From assembly GCA_046563655.1 (NCBI GenBank), contig CM102289.1, positions 9,548,001 through 9,612,000 of the forward strand: a stretch of DNA of 64,000 bases, written 5' to 3'. Under the pieces are notes generated by a model. The model saw only the letters and a program-made list of their open reading frames with translations, was not told where the DNA came from and made no database searches. Position numbers and translations under genes: made by a program. Source of the stretch: Yuukianura sp. NJ FZ-2021 (Eukaryota). Numbering within the stretch: the stretch's first letter is position 1; the number at the start of each line of letters is the position of its first letter. This document shows positions 62,461-64,000 of the stretch, piece after piece.

Positions 62461-63023
62461 CGAGCAGTGGTAAGTGATTTGGCCCTTTTACGCTTCCGTA
62501 TGAATGTGATGCACCCAAAATCTTTGCACTTGTTTCTGGCTCAACTCGAGTCCGGCTCGTTCACACCGTAGTCATTCGCTAATTCAGAAATTCAGGCTAC
62601 GACTATAGCAGACAATACACCGATACGAAACAATAAAAACTTCACATAAAAATCAGACATGCGATGCGAAAGTTAGTCTTGGAAATGGGCAAATGGAAAC
62701 AACACTTTTGATCGGTTGCATTTACATTTTTAATGCATTTATAACTTTGTTTCATAAACAGTAAAACAAAAAGTAAAAATTAGTTACATTGCTTTCAATT
62801 AACTACGTTTAAGTCTCACCTAACACTAATTCCCTACTAAGTAGAAAACAAATCGTTTTGACGTAATACAGTAAAAGTAGCCTCTGACGGACGGACAAAC
62901 AGAAAACATCCACGATGTAATTACCTGTATGCAGGGTATCAGTGGCAAATAAACATAAACATAAACATAGTTAAATTCATAAAGTAGGTTTCTGTTACTA
63001 AAAAAAGTTAGGAAACACTCAAG

Positions 63024-64000
63024 TTAAAGTTTGAGTCTGCAGTTTTCATGAAGTAGAGGAATAATGAACAGTTTTGTTGACCACTTGGTCCCGATGCTGC
63101 CGACTACGATTTCAGCGTCGTTTACATCGAACACAAAGTCTGCCAGATCTTCCTGCGGAATCTTAATCCTCGGAAACCCTTGAGGCACAATTTCCAGTAT
63201 CTTTGTCCACGTCTGACTGTCAAAGAAGTGAAACGTAAAGTTTGGTGGGTCGGATCTCACTTCCATAATGACAAGGGCGTCCACTTGACCTCCGGAACCA
63301 GTAACAATCCGAACATCATCTTCATCCAGTAAATATTCTGTATATTTGATTCGGTTGCGTTCACGAGCTGACCTCCTTATGGCTGTCTCTGATTTGGGAC
63401 AAACCGAAAGATTCTCTCCATACTTCATGTAAAATTCTTGGACCAACTCAGGTACAGGTTCAGTTGGCGCGTCAGAGTGAAGGCCGTTTTTGATCCGTCG
63501 AACCCTGGCGACACTATTACCAGTAAAGTTCAACAGTTAAAGATAAGTAAAAGTTTGAAAGTTTTTATGCATTGAGCGGAGAGATTGATTGCTCGAGTGA
63601 CTTACCAGACTTCATTTTTGGAGCAAAATATAACTCGACTGGGAGCAGCATTCATGAAAGCAACATTGCCACCAGTCTCCTCAGTCAAAACCGCTGTATC
63701 CTGTAGATACTTTAGTATATCCGGTTGATCTTCCCCCACTGCTATGCGTTTATTCAGGTTGTATAGGTCAAAAACCTGCAGAATTTCAGTGTTTAGAGTT
63801 GAGCAATTTGGATTTCATGAAAAAGTCATTTGTCAAGAGCAGCTTACTGATCCTTGTGCGATGAAGTACGGAAGTGGAGGATACAAGGACACTCCCAGCA
63901 CGAGATCAGATCCAGTTCCAGTGTTTTTAACTGGAATTCCTCCTTCTAGAGAATGAACAATGTGAGATACAGCTACTCCTTCAGTGCCATGGCCATTTTG
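63024..64000 (-). CDS. 3' exons of a gene running off the window; possibly DCAF17-like
   Basis: Spliced frame ...FIAQGS|VFDLYNL...NVAFMNAAPSRVIFCSKNEVW|...RRSARERNRIKY...FHFFDSQTWTKILEI; resemblance to the DCAF17 C-terminus is weak and from recall. Confidence 0.5.

Larger units (their letters stand above)
58049..62500. mobile_element. Putative gene-capturing composite/foldback element with long inverted arms
   Basis: Arms 58049-~58593 and ~61722-62500 are inverted homologs starting TACGGAAGCGTAAAAGGGCCAA; TGAATG directly flanks both ends (58043-48, 62501-06); interior is a mosaic of gene fragments. Confidence 0.65.

Noticed and set aside
57961..62571. RGSQYSV / TGNRAPS repeat ORFs in both arms
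   Set aside because: The stop-free 21-bp minisatellite is open in several frames on both strands; no evidence of coding

Overview
Eukaryotic genomic DNA: compact, AT-rich, with short spliceosomal introns. It is almost certainly from an arthropod, because it carries exact mature miR-275 and miR-305 and a Zormin/CCDC141-like gene; I cannot identify the species. Recognisable intact genes: IVD, RPIA, dynein light chain roadblock, Zormin/CCDC141-like, Rab GDI, FBXO22-like, TMEM65, a Kir channel, ZC2HC1-like, TRAPPC4, tRNA-Arg(ACG), NT5C3 and staufen, plus a possible DCAF17-like gene running off the right edge. Several DNA-transposon insertions have readable TIRs and TSDs. The most unusual items are: (1) a three-exon, ~457-aa gene with a divergent histone H3 fold behind a ~360-aa basic/repetitive tail (24741-26259); (2) a 4.45-kb unit with long minisatellite-bearing inverted arms and a 6-bp direct repeat (58049-62500), holding broken DPH6, PSMA5 and neprilysin fragments plus an apparently intact gene for a cationic secreted peptide; (3) a ~163-bp satellite array that flips orientation inside its own 23-bp palindrome and abuts an orphan CLP1 exon; (4) a hairpin MITE in the predicted staufen 5' UTR. 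All family assignments come from manual translation and motif recall; no database searches were run.
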